A stretch of 63,387 bases of DNA, filler included, from Rhabdomonas costata (GCA_019059605.1; 46 parts of 46 records of this genome joined end to end with filler, not necessarily neighbours in it), one strand, 5' to 3'. Counted from the whole stretch's first letter, positions 1 through 12,801 are shown. Made by a program: numbers and translations. The notes: generated by a model not told the origin, from the letters alone.

Positions 1-523
1 CACGTGTGTCTGCGTCTGTCCGTGTGTGTCTGGCAAAAAAAGCTACACCATCAGCCTTGGCTGCAAGCACTGCGGTGGTGGAACAGTGCATCCAGTGGAA
101 TCTGGCGCCTTGCGGATTAGCAACGCAATTGCGTTCTTTCTTTCGTGTCGTGGCGTATGCGTTCGAATCATTGCTTCTTGTGGGAGGAGATATGCTGACG
201 CGTGGTCTTCATGAAGCAGACCAACTGCTGTGTGAGGGTCCGAAGCAAGACATTCTGTGCGAGGCGAGAGAAACGCCTGGGAATGGCCTGTTCCCTGGGG
301 CAGGCGTAGTCCGTGCGGAGGTATCACCGAAGGAGTTTGGAGACCGCAGGATTTTTGAAAGGCGAACCGAAAAGGAGGTTATCCCTGGCGCTTACGAGGG
401 AGGGCTGTGAGCGCACTGCATCGATGCATGGGACTGCGTGCTGCGGACGGTGGGAATGAGGCCGATTTGGGGTGGAGAGGGAAAGTGAGTGTGCATATGA
501 GCGTGGGTGGGTGGGGTTTACAG

Positions 524-1152
524 GCATGCCTGCGACGTGGCACAGACGATGTTCGTGCTGCTGCGAAGCGCGGACATCTCCGCGGTGCTGAGACCGCTGG
601 AGAAGCTCACATTGATGATCACCGCCGTGGTCCATGACCTGGACCATATGGGCCTAAACAACTCCTTCCGTGCGTGCTCCCCTACCCTTCCTTTCCCCCT
701 CTGTTGGAAGAATCAGCTGCGTGGATCTCTCTCTTAGCTCAGCACTGGCGACAACAGAAGATGAAAAGATTCCCGGAGGGAGTCGCACCACCCCAATGAT
801 GGGTTCGCCACTTAAAATAAAATCTGTACTGACTTGGATTCCATTCAAAATGCAAATCTCTTCGTAGGGCCCAACCTGTTGCTTTCTTGCCGCTGCGGTT
901 TTTTATACCGACACACATCCGCTGTATTCCCGCCCGTGCCCATCTTTGTGGTATGATAAATTTTGGCTCACCCGTTCCCTGAACTGCTAATTTGTTTCCT
1001 TGTTGTCACACAGAGGCCAGGGCTTTATCTTTTCATGCACATTGCTTACTCCCAACATCCTTATCCTTTTTTGTTTTGCTTATTAAGACCTCAAAGCGGA
1101 CACCCCCATGGGAATCCTGTGCTCCGCTTCGGGGACGCCTTCTGTCCTCGAG
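524..1152 (+). CDS. Class I 3',5'-cyclic nucleotide phosphodiesterase, catalytic fragment (exons 524-669, 1088-1152), PDEB-like
   Basis: Spliced across a GT-AG intron in matching phase: HACDVAQTMF...TAVVHDLDHMGLNNSFHLKADTPMGILCSASGTPSVLE. This contains the HDxxHxGxxNxF motif and SVLE. Confidence 0.95.
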
Positions 1153-1280
1153 GTATTTCGCTGCCCCTCCCCGCCCCCTGCACAACGACGCCCTTGAGCC
1201 TTGGTTGTGCAATTGTACGCTGGAGGTGGTGTTGACTTCCTTTCTCGTGATGCTGTCAAACATCAAGCCTGGTTTGGGCG

Positions 1281-1380
1281 NNNNNNNNNNNNNNNNNNNN
1301 NNNNNNNNNNNNNNNNNNNNNNNNTTAATTAATTAANNNNNNNNNNNNNNNNNNNNNNNNNNNNNNNNNNNNNNNNNNNN
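1281..1380. other. Artificial contig spacer N44-TTAATTAATTAA-N44 (first of 45 copies, about every 1.38 kb)
   Basis: The same 100-nt block recurs throughout. TTAATTAATTAA gives stop codons in all six frames. Flanking contigs are of near-identical length (~1280 nt), consistent with size-sorted concatenation. Confidence 0.99.
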
Positions 1381-2330
1381 GGTGTGGGCAGGGGTGGGGG
1401 GGTCCTCGCCCCCGTCCCGGGCGGCAGTGTCCAGTATAGGGATGTAGAGCGGGAGCTGGCCCGTGATGGAGATCTTCAGGCCCCGCCACATCGTGATCAG
1501 CTGGGGCACGGTCGGGGAGAACTGGAACGACGGTGGCTGCGATGGGAAGGGCGATGCAATTGGAAAAAAAAAGGCACCATAGACGTGACCGTAGTGATGC
1601 GGAAAGACAAGAAGGGGCACATGCGTCTGGCAAAAGGCTAAGCGGCAGTTTCACGACTACCCAAACCGTAACAATGTGACAAAATGAGAGACTCCCACTA
1701 AAGAAATGGAGAAAAGGGCTTAAAGAACCTCTCGGAGGGCGGCCAGGTATGAGGTCTGGACGCGCTCCATCTCCATCGTAATCTGCGGATCCTTTGCAGC
1801 TGCTGACTGGTGAACTCTAGCCACACCTTTGCGAAAGAAAAACGGGAAACAACCAAAACCCGGCGAGCCTCAAGACTTCATAGACTCCATAGGAGTCTGA
1901 AAGACGACCCTTAGTCCGGAAACTCATACTATTACGGATATCGAGGAAAACCTGACATCATAACCCCGAGATGAACCGAACAAAAACAGCTCAGGAGATG
2001 GCTAGGCTAATTAGATGTTACAAGAAATTAATTATCGACAACCCCACATTTAAATGTTTGAAATATTATCAATTGGAAACGACAAACATGGCGTGCGAGG
2101 GGACACCGTCTGGAGTGATGCCGGGATTACGGCTTCAAAAAGAGGAAACCAAAACAATGCAAACCAGCGTTCAAAGCTTCCAGGACATTTTCGACTCTCG
2201 CACACAGTAGGCATTGCAAAGGCGGGGGGTGGGGCACCTGAGGTAGGGCCGCGGGCGGAGTGCACAAAGGCCTTCAGGGTACTGAGCTGCTCGCGAAAGT
2301 CTCGCAGCTGTTTTTGGTTTGTGCACACAT
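1381..2330 (-). CDS. Multi-exon protein of unknown function (exons ~2330-2206, 1806-1729, 1536-~1400)
   Basis: Phase-0 GT-AG junctions join ...PAFAMPT|SAAAKDPQITMEMERVQTSYLAALRE|PPSFQFSPTVPQLITMWRGLK; coding-like GC3 bias. Confidence 0.6.
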
Positions 2331-2761
2331 CCACCACTTGCGCCCTCCAGCTACCCACCAGTTGAAACCCTCTGGTAAACATGTACGCTCAGCAAAGTGC
2401 AGGGAGAAGACAACAAATTACAACGGTGCACGTTCAGGTGTCAAAATAATCAATTGCACTGGATAAGGAGCGAGGTCGAAGGTAAGACAACGACAGCGAT
2501 ATAATAACACAACGACAGTGGGGTAATGAAAGAAAAAACTGGTCAAAAGAAAAAGAATGGGGGAGCGTAAAGGAGAGTGGAGAGAAGAAGGGATGAAGGG
2601 GAATGGGAGGGACCCTTTAAAGCAAAAATAGAACAGTATAAATGCAAATCTACACAACAAANNNNNNNNNNNNNNNNNNNNNNNNNNNNNNNNNNNNNNN
2701 NNNNNTTAATTAATTAANNNNNNNNNNNNNNNNNNNNNNNNNNNNNNNNNNNNNNNNNNNN

Positions 2762-2920
2762 TTTGTTTTGGTTATCTTCTCCTCATCTTTGATCCTCCTC
2801 AGATTTCGCTGTGCATCGTCCTGGCCGCGGTTGCTGCCGCCGCGGCGGCCACGATGGTGACCGTCCTGCCCAGCGAAATCTGAGGAGGATCAAAGATGAG
2901 GAGAAGATAACTAAAACGAA
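2762..2920. repeat. Long inverted repeat (hairpin A): 41-bp perfect stem 2771-2811/2871-2911
   Basis: The arms are exact reverse complements and pairing extends to the contig start with two G.T pairs. Confidence 0.95.
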
Positions 2921-3159
2921 GAAACAGACAAAAGAAGCCCCCTTAACATCACGGAATAACCCAAGTTATCCTTTCAGCAAAATCAAGAATGAAAAGGTAC
3001 GATGACAAAGTAGACTCGGGCCGAATTCCGTCAATAGAATAAAGATACACGCAAGCGTGAAGAAGGAACTTTTACTTTCTTGATCGAAACCAATTCTGTC
3101 CCCCAAAAGCGCGAGCTCCAAGATGGCTTCCTGGCTGGCTTCCGGTGCTCCACAGACCA

Positions 3160-3708
3160 TCAAAAGGAGACCCAAAAAACGTATACGAAGGTGGCCAGGC
3201 ACACCATTGTGTGAAGCTGGTCCCAGATCGTGAGGTAGCCCACAAAGGACACCCCGGAGCACACCACCAGCGCCAGCGACAGCACCGTCCATCGGGACTC
3301 CGTGGTCTGCACTCGGGAGAACATCGCCACGGAGATCAGGAAGGCTGCGGTACACAGAGTTCGCTTGTGCAGGTGCGCATAGGTGTGGTTGAGGACGACA
3401 ATAGAACCCATTGAATAGTTTCGAGGCATCGGGCCAGACGAGGCCGACAAAGGAGATGGGTGCTGCATGCCCCCCTAAAAACGTAAAAAAAAGGTATCGA
3501 CGTATTCACATTGATTTGTGTGGATGGATTAACATTCCTTCGTGGAGTTGACCAGGGAGATGTTTTTACACGGGTGATGCGTCACACGCAGATCCAAGGG
3601 CAGAACAGGTACGATGGAGAGAGTGATGTGGAGGGGGGGGGAAGGACCAACGCTCATCACCAAGGTGACCACGCTGGCCTGCGCCGTGCTCAAGCGGGCA
3701 CCGATAAG
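3160..3708 (-). CDS. C-terminal exons of a multi-pass membrane protein (family unassigned)
   Basis: Hydrophobic segments LIGARLSTAQASVVTLVMS (exon 3708-3652) and FLISVAMFS...WTVLSLALVVCSGVSFVGYL...VCLATFVYVFWVSF*. Internal junctions are unresolved. Confidence 0.5.
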
Positions 3709-4141
3709 CTGAAGGGAGCGGCACAAAGGAATCGCAATGAGCCCTCTCCATTGCCATAACCACCATACCAACGAAAACGCGTGCAGCCTTTATCAGCGCT
3801 TCAGTGGGAGTGCTTACTCAACAAATGAACCAGCCAACATCTCCGGAGTGTTAACAGGCAGGCACACGGAAACCTTGAGGACAATGTCGTGTAATGGGAG
3901 TGCAAATCTGAATATGAATATGGAAACTTCCCGTAAATTCGGAATTTGGCTGACACTGGTCTACATACAAGAGGCCCGGAACTTGAGGATATTCAGCCAT
4001 CGTGGCCCTCTCACACCACCACCCCCAACCACACCCAACACNNNNNNNNNNNNNNNNNNNNNNNNNNNNNNNNNNNNNNNNNNNNTTAATTAATTAANNN
4101 NNNNNNNNNNNNNNNNNNNNNNNNNNNNNNNNNNNNNNNNN

Positions 4142-4876
4142 GAGTTCCTTGAGAAAATGGACCCGATGGCAGACTGGGGACTCTATGACCGCATGGCAGC
4201 ACTGCACTGCTTGGGGAAAGGAAGGTGGAGAAGGGAGTTCAAAATCTTGACAAGCATGACAAAATTTTTAGATTTAGGCTTGGAATTCGATGCGTCAAGG
4301 AAAAGTCCAGGTTGGTGGGGTGGGCTGCAGTCCCCAGGGTTGTAGGGTTGTTTCTGCCTTAAACCTCTGTTCGCAGCACTTCATCCTGGACCAGCTCGAG
4401 GTTGAGCTCCGCGTTCGAACAGCGGAGGCAAGGGGTTGTGTGCAGGAAGTCCGAGTGGTTTGGAGGGTTAATGGTGGTGCGTGCTGTTGGCACACGACTG
4501 TGGGAGGTCTTTACGAAAAGCGCGCAGCTTTCAGCCGGGATGTGGCCGCGGTCTGAAGGGCAGGGAAAAGGTTATTTTCGCGGAGCTAGCCCTCTCCCAG
4601 CCTTTCTGTTCCAACGGTGCAGTGGGGCCGGAACACAGCACCGTGCGAAAGTTTTTCATGGTGGAAGGGGAACACATTGAGGAAGAGGAGAAGTGGTTCA
4701 AGCTGGTCAACTCCAAGCTAAGCGTGGAGGAGCGAGCGCACCTGGAGGAGAAGATCACCTCGGCCAAGGCGAACGCCCCAGTACGCCCTTACCCAAAGGC
4801 TCCGCAGCGACCGGGCGCGGGGTCCTCCATTCTGCACCCGATCACAGGCGCCGTGGAGCATGCCCTGGGAAAGTAA
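4142..4876 (+). CDS. Hemerythrin (HHE cation-binding) domain protein, C-terminal part
   Basis: EFLEKMDPMADWGLYDR ... TVRKFFMVEGEHIEEEEKWF (HxxEEE motif), followed by the AKxxAPxRPxPxAP tail typical of HHE proteins; stop at 4876. Confidence 0.75.
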
Positions 4877-5895
4877 GAGGGGAAGACTTGAGCCAGTCCT
4901 TCCTCTCTGTCCTGGGTTTTGCTTTTTGTTTTCGCTTTGTTCCAGAACCTTCTTTAGGTAGGGGTGATATTAACTCTTTGCCTCACTCAATTTATTGTAT
5001 TTCTCGTCAGAAAAAATATATCGTTTGGGTGCCTTGAGTTTGGGTTTGTTTTTGTGTGTGAGGTGTGAGGGAAAGTGATGTACCATGTGCAAGGGACGGG
5101 TAGTAGGGAGGTCTGGGATTCTTCCATTTTGAAGGAAACGTTTGGGCTCCTTGCGTTTTGCTTTTTGTAGGCGACTGTCTTCCATTGGAATCAGCAACGC
5201 TTTTGGTAAAGTCAGGCGTACAAACAAGGGCCGTTTCCAGCTTCGGTCTGCTTTTTATTATTGGCTACTCGTGTGGGGAGAGACGTTAAGTCGGGATACC
5301 CGCGCAGAGGCGTTTAGTTTTCTTTTAGTTTTGAACTCTTTATGGCAAAAAGGGAGGCAAAGCGAGGTTCTATGCCTCCCCAGTGTTGTTGGGACATGAC
5401 GTTAGCTGTTGTTTCACAGTGCNNNNNNNNNNNNNNNNNNNNNNNNNNNNNNNNNNNNNNNNNNNNTTAATTAATTAANNNNNNNNNNNNNNNNNNNNNN
5501 NNNNNNNNNNNNNNNNNNNNNNGTTGTGTGGGGCCACCCAACTTACACCGGATGGGCAGCCGGGGGTGCGGCCGGGGAGGCGGAGAGCGGAGCCGTGGGG
5601 GAGTGGTTCATCCGAGGGCTGGTGTGAGTGACCTGAAACAGTTCGAGAGGCGACCGGCAAGGTTCTCATCCCCCAGAAGGGGCGGTAGTGTCAGAGGAAA
5701 GGTAGGGTAGGGTAGGGTCACAACTGTCGAGCTGTCGCATTCAATTTCCTGCTCCCATGAGTGGTGCAGACCCATAACCAGTCAATACGAAACCCCGCAT
5801 GATACGCATGGGAGATATATACTTTAATGAGCCAGGCGTCAGCAATAGATACACACAAAAACTAAAACTATGGGGAGGGTGGGAGGCATCAAAAC

Positions 5896-6725
5896 CTGAA
5901 GCACGATTCCCATGAAGGGGGCTCCGTCGAGCTGCTCCAGCGCGTTCTGCGCGTCCTTGGCCTGCCGGAACTGCACCGTGCCGTACCCGGCGTGCCCACG
6001 GCTCGGCGGGGAGAGCTGTGTTGGACAGGGTGCACAACCGGTAGCGTGTATGCGTGTGGTGTGCGCACACCGCACTGGCTGACGCGGAAGGATGCCGGAG
6101 TTCCTCTGGGGGCCCGCTGTGTACTGCGCTCAAGAGTCAGCTGACTGTGGCGCCACGGGGCGCTATCCTCATCATCTCCCCGACTTCGTCGGGTCCTTGG
6201 TCTGCACCGTATGTCCCATGCTCGGTTGCCCACATTGCCTGCAGTCTGCCGCCGCAGCTGTAACGGCCGAAGGCTTTCCGACAGTTCCGCACACCTGCCT
6301 TCTTGTTGTCCTTCCTGGGGTAATGCTGCGCGCTATTGCGTGCCTTGCGGTTGTCAGTGCTGCTGGCCGATTTGGGTGTTGTCGGTGGGGGCGCCGCGCT
6401 GCCCAAAGCCAGCGTGCGCGAACGCAGCGGCAGTCTGGCCTCCAGCAATGGTGGAGTGCCAAACCGCGATGCCCGCCGCTGATGTTTCTGATGACTTCGC
6501 TGCTATGGAGTTGGTCACCTAGGTCGGTCATGGTTTCGGTTTAGGTGGGCTCCCCAACCCCCGCCCCAGCGCTCAAGGAACCTTCACGGTGACGAGGGCC
6601 CCGAAAGGCGCGAAGAGCTTGTACAGCTGCAATTCCTGCACGTCCGCGGGCAGCCGGGGCACAAACACGGTGGCGTTGGAGTCAGCCTTGGGCAGCGCCA
6701 GCTCGGGCAGCGCGTCAGCAATCTC
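5896..6725 (-). CDS. RRM-domain RNA-binding protein (exons 6725-6582, 6015-5896)
   Basis: RNP2-like TVFVPRLP and RNP1-like AGYGTVQF, then AQNALEQLDG; phase-0 GT-AG junction. Confidence 0.9.
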
Positions 6726-8623
6726 CTGCAACCCCAATCAAGCACACCCCAAGCACACAGCGACGCGCCACAGACGTCCACTTCGTCCAGTTCCAAACCA
6801 ACANNNNNNNNNNNNNNNNNNNNNNNNNNNNNNNNNNNNNNNNNNNNTTAATTAATTAANNNNNNNNNNNNNNNNNNNNNNNNNNNNNNNNNNNNNNNNN
6901 NNNTGTTTTTTTTTTTTGTGGGTGTTTTTTGCTTCTCCTCGGTCTCCCTCTCTTTCTAGTTCCAATTGTTAGGGCCTTTTCCATCCTCTATGGATCTGCA
7001 GCACCGGTGCGGCCACTGCCGAGGATGTCTCACTCCTCTCGGTGCTGGTCTCTGAGCCCACTATTCGTGTCGACTTCGCAACAGAGCTGCCCGCCTCAGA
7101 TTCCTTCTTTGGGTCCTGAAGCTACTGCGTGGCTGAAGGACTCAACTGGAAGTTTTCGTCGGACACACCCTACACCCTGGCTGGGATCGCAGCTCTTTTC
7201 CTTCTGTTTCTGCGGAGGATATCGATGTACGGGGGGCCGTCCTTCGGATCGGATTGCATGGGCGCGCCTCCAGACCTGGACGGCGACGGATCGGAGACAT
7301 CTTTCACAGGAAGGGGGCAGGGTGTGTGGCAAAGCCCACAGTGCTCATCTTCGCACTCGGCTTTTCCGTCGGCGACATCGGTGCCCGTGCACAGTTCCCG
7401 GCTGTAGTTCGTAGTGATAATGGCGCTGAACTGGAGGCACCTGAATGAAATCGGAAACGACCCGTGGAAGGGTTGCGTAACTTTGGGCTCTTTGTTCCAC
7501 TCACACTGGAGATCGTTTTGGCAGGGGTGTGCTGCGTTCAGGAGTGGCACTGTTTTCGCAGCCGTCTCTGGCGCATCATTTTGACCTTAATTCTGATCTG
7601 ACTGATAAAAGCAGATGATTAAATCGTCCAGACGTTGCATTGGTTACCCGGCAAGACCTGATGATAACAAGGCACCCCGGGAACTTGGCCGAGAAATCGA
7701 GCGCAGCGGCGAACCTCAAAACGTCCAGCCGAGACGCCATCACGGGGGTTTCGGGGGTTTCGGGGGTTTCCGCGGAAGCTCTGCTCTTCCCCTATACTGT
7801 GCGAGACCGAAACGAAACGAAATGCACCGGGATCCCACAAAAAACTCAGAATGAGCAAACATTTACCAAGACAAACAATTTCTGTGCCCTTCTCCTGCTG
7901 CTGTTCCGAACCGGAGGGCATGTACTCCCTCTGAAAGATCTTGTCTCGTTCTCTGCTGTAGCAGATGCCGCGCTGTAGGAGCTGTGCTGCGTGCTTGCAT
8001 GCTTTTTTCGCCCAAAGCGTCCTGTGAAAAGAGGGATGACAAACCAACGCAATCACAGAGACGCATGCTCCCAGAGCCCAGCGGCTAATTTGGCATTGAA
8101 TAGGAAGTGGAGGGGAGAAGCTGAACAAGAGCAGAATCCTGCGAGCTCATCACCCGGGATTTAGTATCAATACACCCCCCCACNNNNNNNNNNNNNNNNN
8201 NNNNNNNNNNNNNNNNNNNNNNNNNNNTTAATTAATTAANNNNNNNNNNNNNNNNNNNNNNNNNNNNNNNNNNNNNNNNNNNNGTTTCAAATACATCCCC
8301 CCTTCCTGCTCGTTTCTTAGCTGCTTTCCTCACGTTTTTTTTCTCCGCCGCGAGTTGACCTCTGCTCCTTACACGGCACTTTAAGACGTTTTTGCGTGGA
8401 AATCGGATTTGCGCCATTTTCATGAAGGTATTCAGCCACAAGTTTTTCTTCTTACTTCCTGGAGCTCGCCAAATAAAAGAGCGACAAGAGACAAGCGCGT
8501 CGCACGACCAAAAGCGGGTGCAGCAATTCGGTATGTGATCTCAGAAAGTACGGCAAGTACGGCGAATGGCAACATCCGATATCACGTTGGGCGGGGTGGG
8601 GGGGGGGGGCAAAAGAAAAGCAC

Positions 8624-9024
8624 CCGCCAGTCAACGCGTAGTGCAGCACACAGCCCAGGCTGAAGATGTCTCCCCGCTCCGTGCGAAGCGAGCCTTCAAG
8701 AAAAACAAAAAAGCCTTCAAAAGAACTTGAAGGCTCTCGGTTTACCTCCCTGATCTTAGAAAGAGAAGAAAGCGGTTTGGCCAGCACACCCACGAAACGC
8801 TCTTCGTAAGGGCATCAACCCCACCACCCTGTCAAGGCAACCAGGATGGAAGGCAAGCAGCAACCTTCTGAAAGTTCAGGTGCAACCCAACCGTAGCTTC
8901 CGGTCACCCCTGAAAGCCCCGAGGGAAGGCTGTGAAACAAGACTGCCAAGGCTCCAAAGTCAGTCAGTTTGACCGCCATCTCCCCACCACTCTTCGCAGG
9001 CCTCGACAGCAGCACATTGGAGGG
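8624..9024 (-). CDS. Ser/Thr protein kinase, IRE1-like (exons 9024-8865, 8693-8624)
   Basis: PSNVLL, VKLTDFG, GSYGWVAPE, DIFSLGCVLHYALTGG. The GWxAPE and DIFSLGCV..Y..TGG motifs resemble IRE1/RNase L kinases. Confidence 0.85.
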
Positions 9025-9811
9025 CTAAGACAAAAACAACACCAAAAGGAATGGCGGTTTGATTCATGCAATAGCAGTCCAAATTTAAGAACATTTTTAA
9101 AACATGCCTTCACGTGTACGTGTGACACATTACGGGCGAACGCCTGTGCAAGACCTTCCCAAGGTAAACATCTGGCTAAAAAGTCATATAGCCAGCTGGC
9201 TAAAAAGCCATTCAGTTGACTTGTTGGATTTGCTCGACTTGCAAAGGAAGTGCCCCCGAAGTGCCACAACTGCAATTACATTAAATGAAGCAACTGAAAA
9301 AGTGTGTGTGCATCAGCAAAATAGCGACAATATGGGACTCGTTATTAGTTAGTTAGCAAAACAAAATGCTCCCCTCCGGGCCTTTGTTCTTTTTGTCACC
9401 ACCTATGTTCTGGAGACAGAGAGTATGGAAACAAACAATAACACAAAAAACCACAAAAAAGGGACTCGATTCTGTACAGAAAAAGCAACGGAAAATGCAA
9501 GTCCAGCGGAAGATGTGTCCACCAGAAAGAGCTCACGCCCATGGAAGTTGCTGCTTCCTTCTTNNNNNNNNNNNNNNNNNNNNNNNNNNNNNNNNNNNNN
9601 NNNNNNNTTAATTAATTAANNNNNNNNNNNNNNNNNNNNNNNNNNNNNNNNNNNNNNNNNNNNGGGGTTGTGGTGATTCTCCCAGGGCAGGGTGGTGCCG
9701 CGAAGCATTTGGAGCTGTCCTGCTTGCGCTGAACAGACTTATCAGTTCCTAGCTTTGGTTTATCTTGTCTTGTCTTGTGCGTTATTGCTCCCCGCTTTTC
9801 TTACCTGTGAG

Positions 9812-10827
9812 AACCCTATGAAGACCACACTGGCGCCCCTGACCCTGGCGAGCGTCCCGGAAGAGGACAAGGCGCTGATCTCGCAACTCTCCGCGCAGGG
9901 CCTGGCCAAGTTAAACTATGACACGCTCCGCGACGTTCCCTTGGCGTGGTATGGTATAGCGTTAGACCGGCAGGAAATTGCGAAATTGTTTCCTATTCAT
10001 GCAGGCCGTGCAGACCATGCAAATCTCTCCTCCTTTGCGCAGAAGCAGACATAGTCACGATTGCGAAATGGATGGGAAGCGGTATGAAAGATTGCGGAAA
10101 GCAAGAGAAAGCCCGCCATGACACTCCTGCGCCTGGGCCCGTGGGGATGACGCGCTGCTCTCTCACTCCTGTGGTTTCTCCGCGCAGCACCACTCGGGAG
10201 CTTCAGGTGGCCTTGGAGCGCCGCCGGGCACAGCAGCGCGAGCTGCTGCAGCGCTGCAAGGCCCTACCACCACGGATGCGGGCCCTGCTGCGGGGAATCC
10301 ACATCATGCCCTCTGTGGCGGTGCTGGAGATGCTGGCGGAGGGATGTGCCATGGAGCAGTTTTACGAGCTCGTTCAGATGGTGTGCTCCTGTCCTTTGCG
10401 AATTGCTGGGGGGCTCAGAATTCTTTTTTGCGAAACTGTTTGCGTATGCCCCAACGCGGACGTGATGGTATGGTGTTGGAGGTTCACTCTTGCGGTGGGC
10501 TATTAATCGGCGGAAACCCCAGGTGCCACACCCGTAACTGGGAATCGTCTCAGAGTCTCAGAGTCCTGGGTACCAGTAAAATACCTCGCAAATGCTTTGG
10601 AGAGGAACTTCGCCTGTAGGCTTGTGTCACCCTCGGGAAAATTCGGCCGGCTCACCGCCGCTCAAACCCCACCAAATATCAATAACCACTCACCTTCATC
10701 CACTTAGCATCAACCTGAGATCGTTGCCGCATTGCGCAGCCTTCCTGGAATCCCTTTGCAGATCGAGCGAGGGGAGACCTTGGAGGATGCCCTGGAGGAC
10801 CTGGCGTACCGCTACAGAGCCTCGAAG
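9812..10827 (+). CDS. Protein of unknown function (exons 9812-9948, 10188-10380, 10762-10827)
   Basis: Three GC-rich exons join in consistent phases through GT-AG introns; no motif recognised. Confidence 0.65.
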
Positions 10828-11046
10828 GTGCGCAGTGCTTGCAAGGATTCCCAGCAGCGGGTCAGCGTGCTCAGCCCCACGGCCACCCACCCAGCACCCC
10901 GGCCCCGGCCCTGCCTCCCCGAGGCAGCGGTGCACACCACACANNNNNNNNNNNNNNNNNNNNNNNNNNNNNNNNNNNNNNNNNNNNTTAATTAATTAAN
11001 NNNNNNNNNNNNNNNNNNNNNNNNNNNNNNNNNNNNNNNNNNNTGT

Positions 11047-11152
11047 GTGTGTGATCACGATCATCTGTCGGCCGTACTTTTTTCTGCCTACATTTTCATT
11101 TTCGGAGGGTGACCGCGAAAGGAACGGCCGACAGATGATCGTGATCACACAC
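11047..11152. repeat. Long inverted repeat (hairpin B): 29-bp perfect stem 11047-11075/11124-11152
   Basis: gtgtgtgatcacgatcatctgtcggccgt and its exact reverse complement. Confidence 0.95.
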
Positions 11153-11635
11153 TTACAAACATACCCGAAACCCTCGCCGTGTACATGCAAACACGGAAGT
11201 AAGAGAGTGAGAGTGAGTGAAAGGAAGAAAGCGCAGAAGTATGAGGAAGTGAGGGAGTCAATGAGGGAAGGAGGAGGGGAAGCTACGATACACGACGAAC
11301 ACCGTGATGGGATTGGCCAGGTAGAACTGCAGGCCTAGGTCAGAGATGGACGGGGGTGTTCGGTGGAGTAACTGAAAAAAAAGCGTAAAGGGAAGGGAAG
11401 ACCGACCCCGGGTGTCACGGTGTTTCATGAGACGAAGGTGGGAGCGATTGTGTAAGAGAGAGCGGGGGGTATGACCCCCAAGCACATTGCAGAACAGCCT
11501 GGCCGCCCTACTGCGCCACGCCCGAAAGGCACCAGCCGGGAGTGGGGCTTATCGCACAGCACAAATCAAAGCAAAGCAAAAAAAAAAGGGAAACTGGGAG
11601 GGGAGGGGAGGGAAGGGGGATGGGAAAGGATGGAC

Positions 11636-11752
11636 GAAGTGGTTATCCCCAGCCTTGCCGAAGGTCAGCAGGATGTTGCGGCGGTCACTGGTGGTGTCCT
11701 CCAGCTGCAGGTTCTTCGGGGTGGCCTGGGTGACTCGCCCTCCAAAGTCAAC
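11636..11752 (-). CDS. Tubby C-terminal domain exon
   Basis: AG/GT-bounded 117-nt exon VDFGGRVTQATPKNLQLEDTTSDRRNILLTFGKAGDNHF matches the Tubby motif NF.GRVT.AS.KNFQ...L.FG+...F. Confidence 0.8.
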
Positions 11753-12629
11753 CTGAAAAAAGCCCGGAACAGAAGTCCATCAGCTGGAATTCTGGAAACA
11801 TCATCTGGAAACACCGGGGTACGGTTCCTGCTCGCCAGAAGACCTGGCAGAAAGCAGGAGGAAATAAACGCCTTCCGCTTAGGAATTGTAGAAAAAAGCA
11901 CCAAAACAATTATGCAACGGAATTTGCTTGTTACTTTCCTTGATTCGCATTGTTCCTCTGTTATATGTATCGCATTGTATATCTGTTATATGGCGCACGT
12001 GTCGTGGGAACGTCTGATGTTGGAACTCTCAATAATGATGCGATGAGCGCAAAACCACAATTATGCTGTCGCTGCGTGAGCACTTCACAGTAATGTCTGA
12101 CTTACCAACGCCCAACTTCACGTCCCGGTCTGACCATTAACACCGCAGTTGTCAATGCAGTGGCCTCAGGGTGATTTTAGGTTCCGCGTGCCTCTGTAAG
12201 GGTCCTGAGATCCCTGGCGTACAACAGGGTATATGCGGGAGAGAGTGTAACCGAACCCTTCCACCCCACCCCGCTGAATGGTAACGTGCTTAAAGGGTTT
12301 GCATCAGAAGTTCGGAAGTCTTTNNNNNNNNNNNNNNNNNNNNNNNNNNNNNNNNNNNNNNNNNNNNTTAATTAATTAANNNNNNNNNNNNNNNNNNNNN
12401 NNNNNNNNNNNNNNNNNNNNNNNGGTGTGTTTCTTCCATGACACACATGGAAACCATGGACAGCCCACCACTCAGCGCTGCACATGCGCATCCAACGACC
12501 ACTGTTCAATTCGTCATTTTGTGCTTCTTTCTCTTTGCTGTCTTCAACTTCTGTTGAATCGGTGAGGAACATCCTCATTACTCCTCGCCACACGATGTGA
12601 GCAGTATTTTATACCTTCTGGGAAGAATG

Positions 12630-12661
12630 CTGGAAGTACTGATGCTCCACGATTCTTCATG

Positions 12662-12710
<49 letters not shown>

Positions 12711-12756
12711 TTGACTGGTTGGGATAGTAAATTTCGTTGCAATTGATGAGACAAGC

Positions 12757-12801
<45 letters not shown>

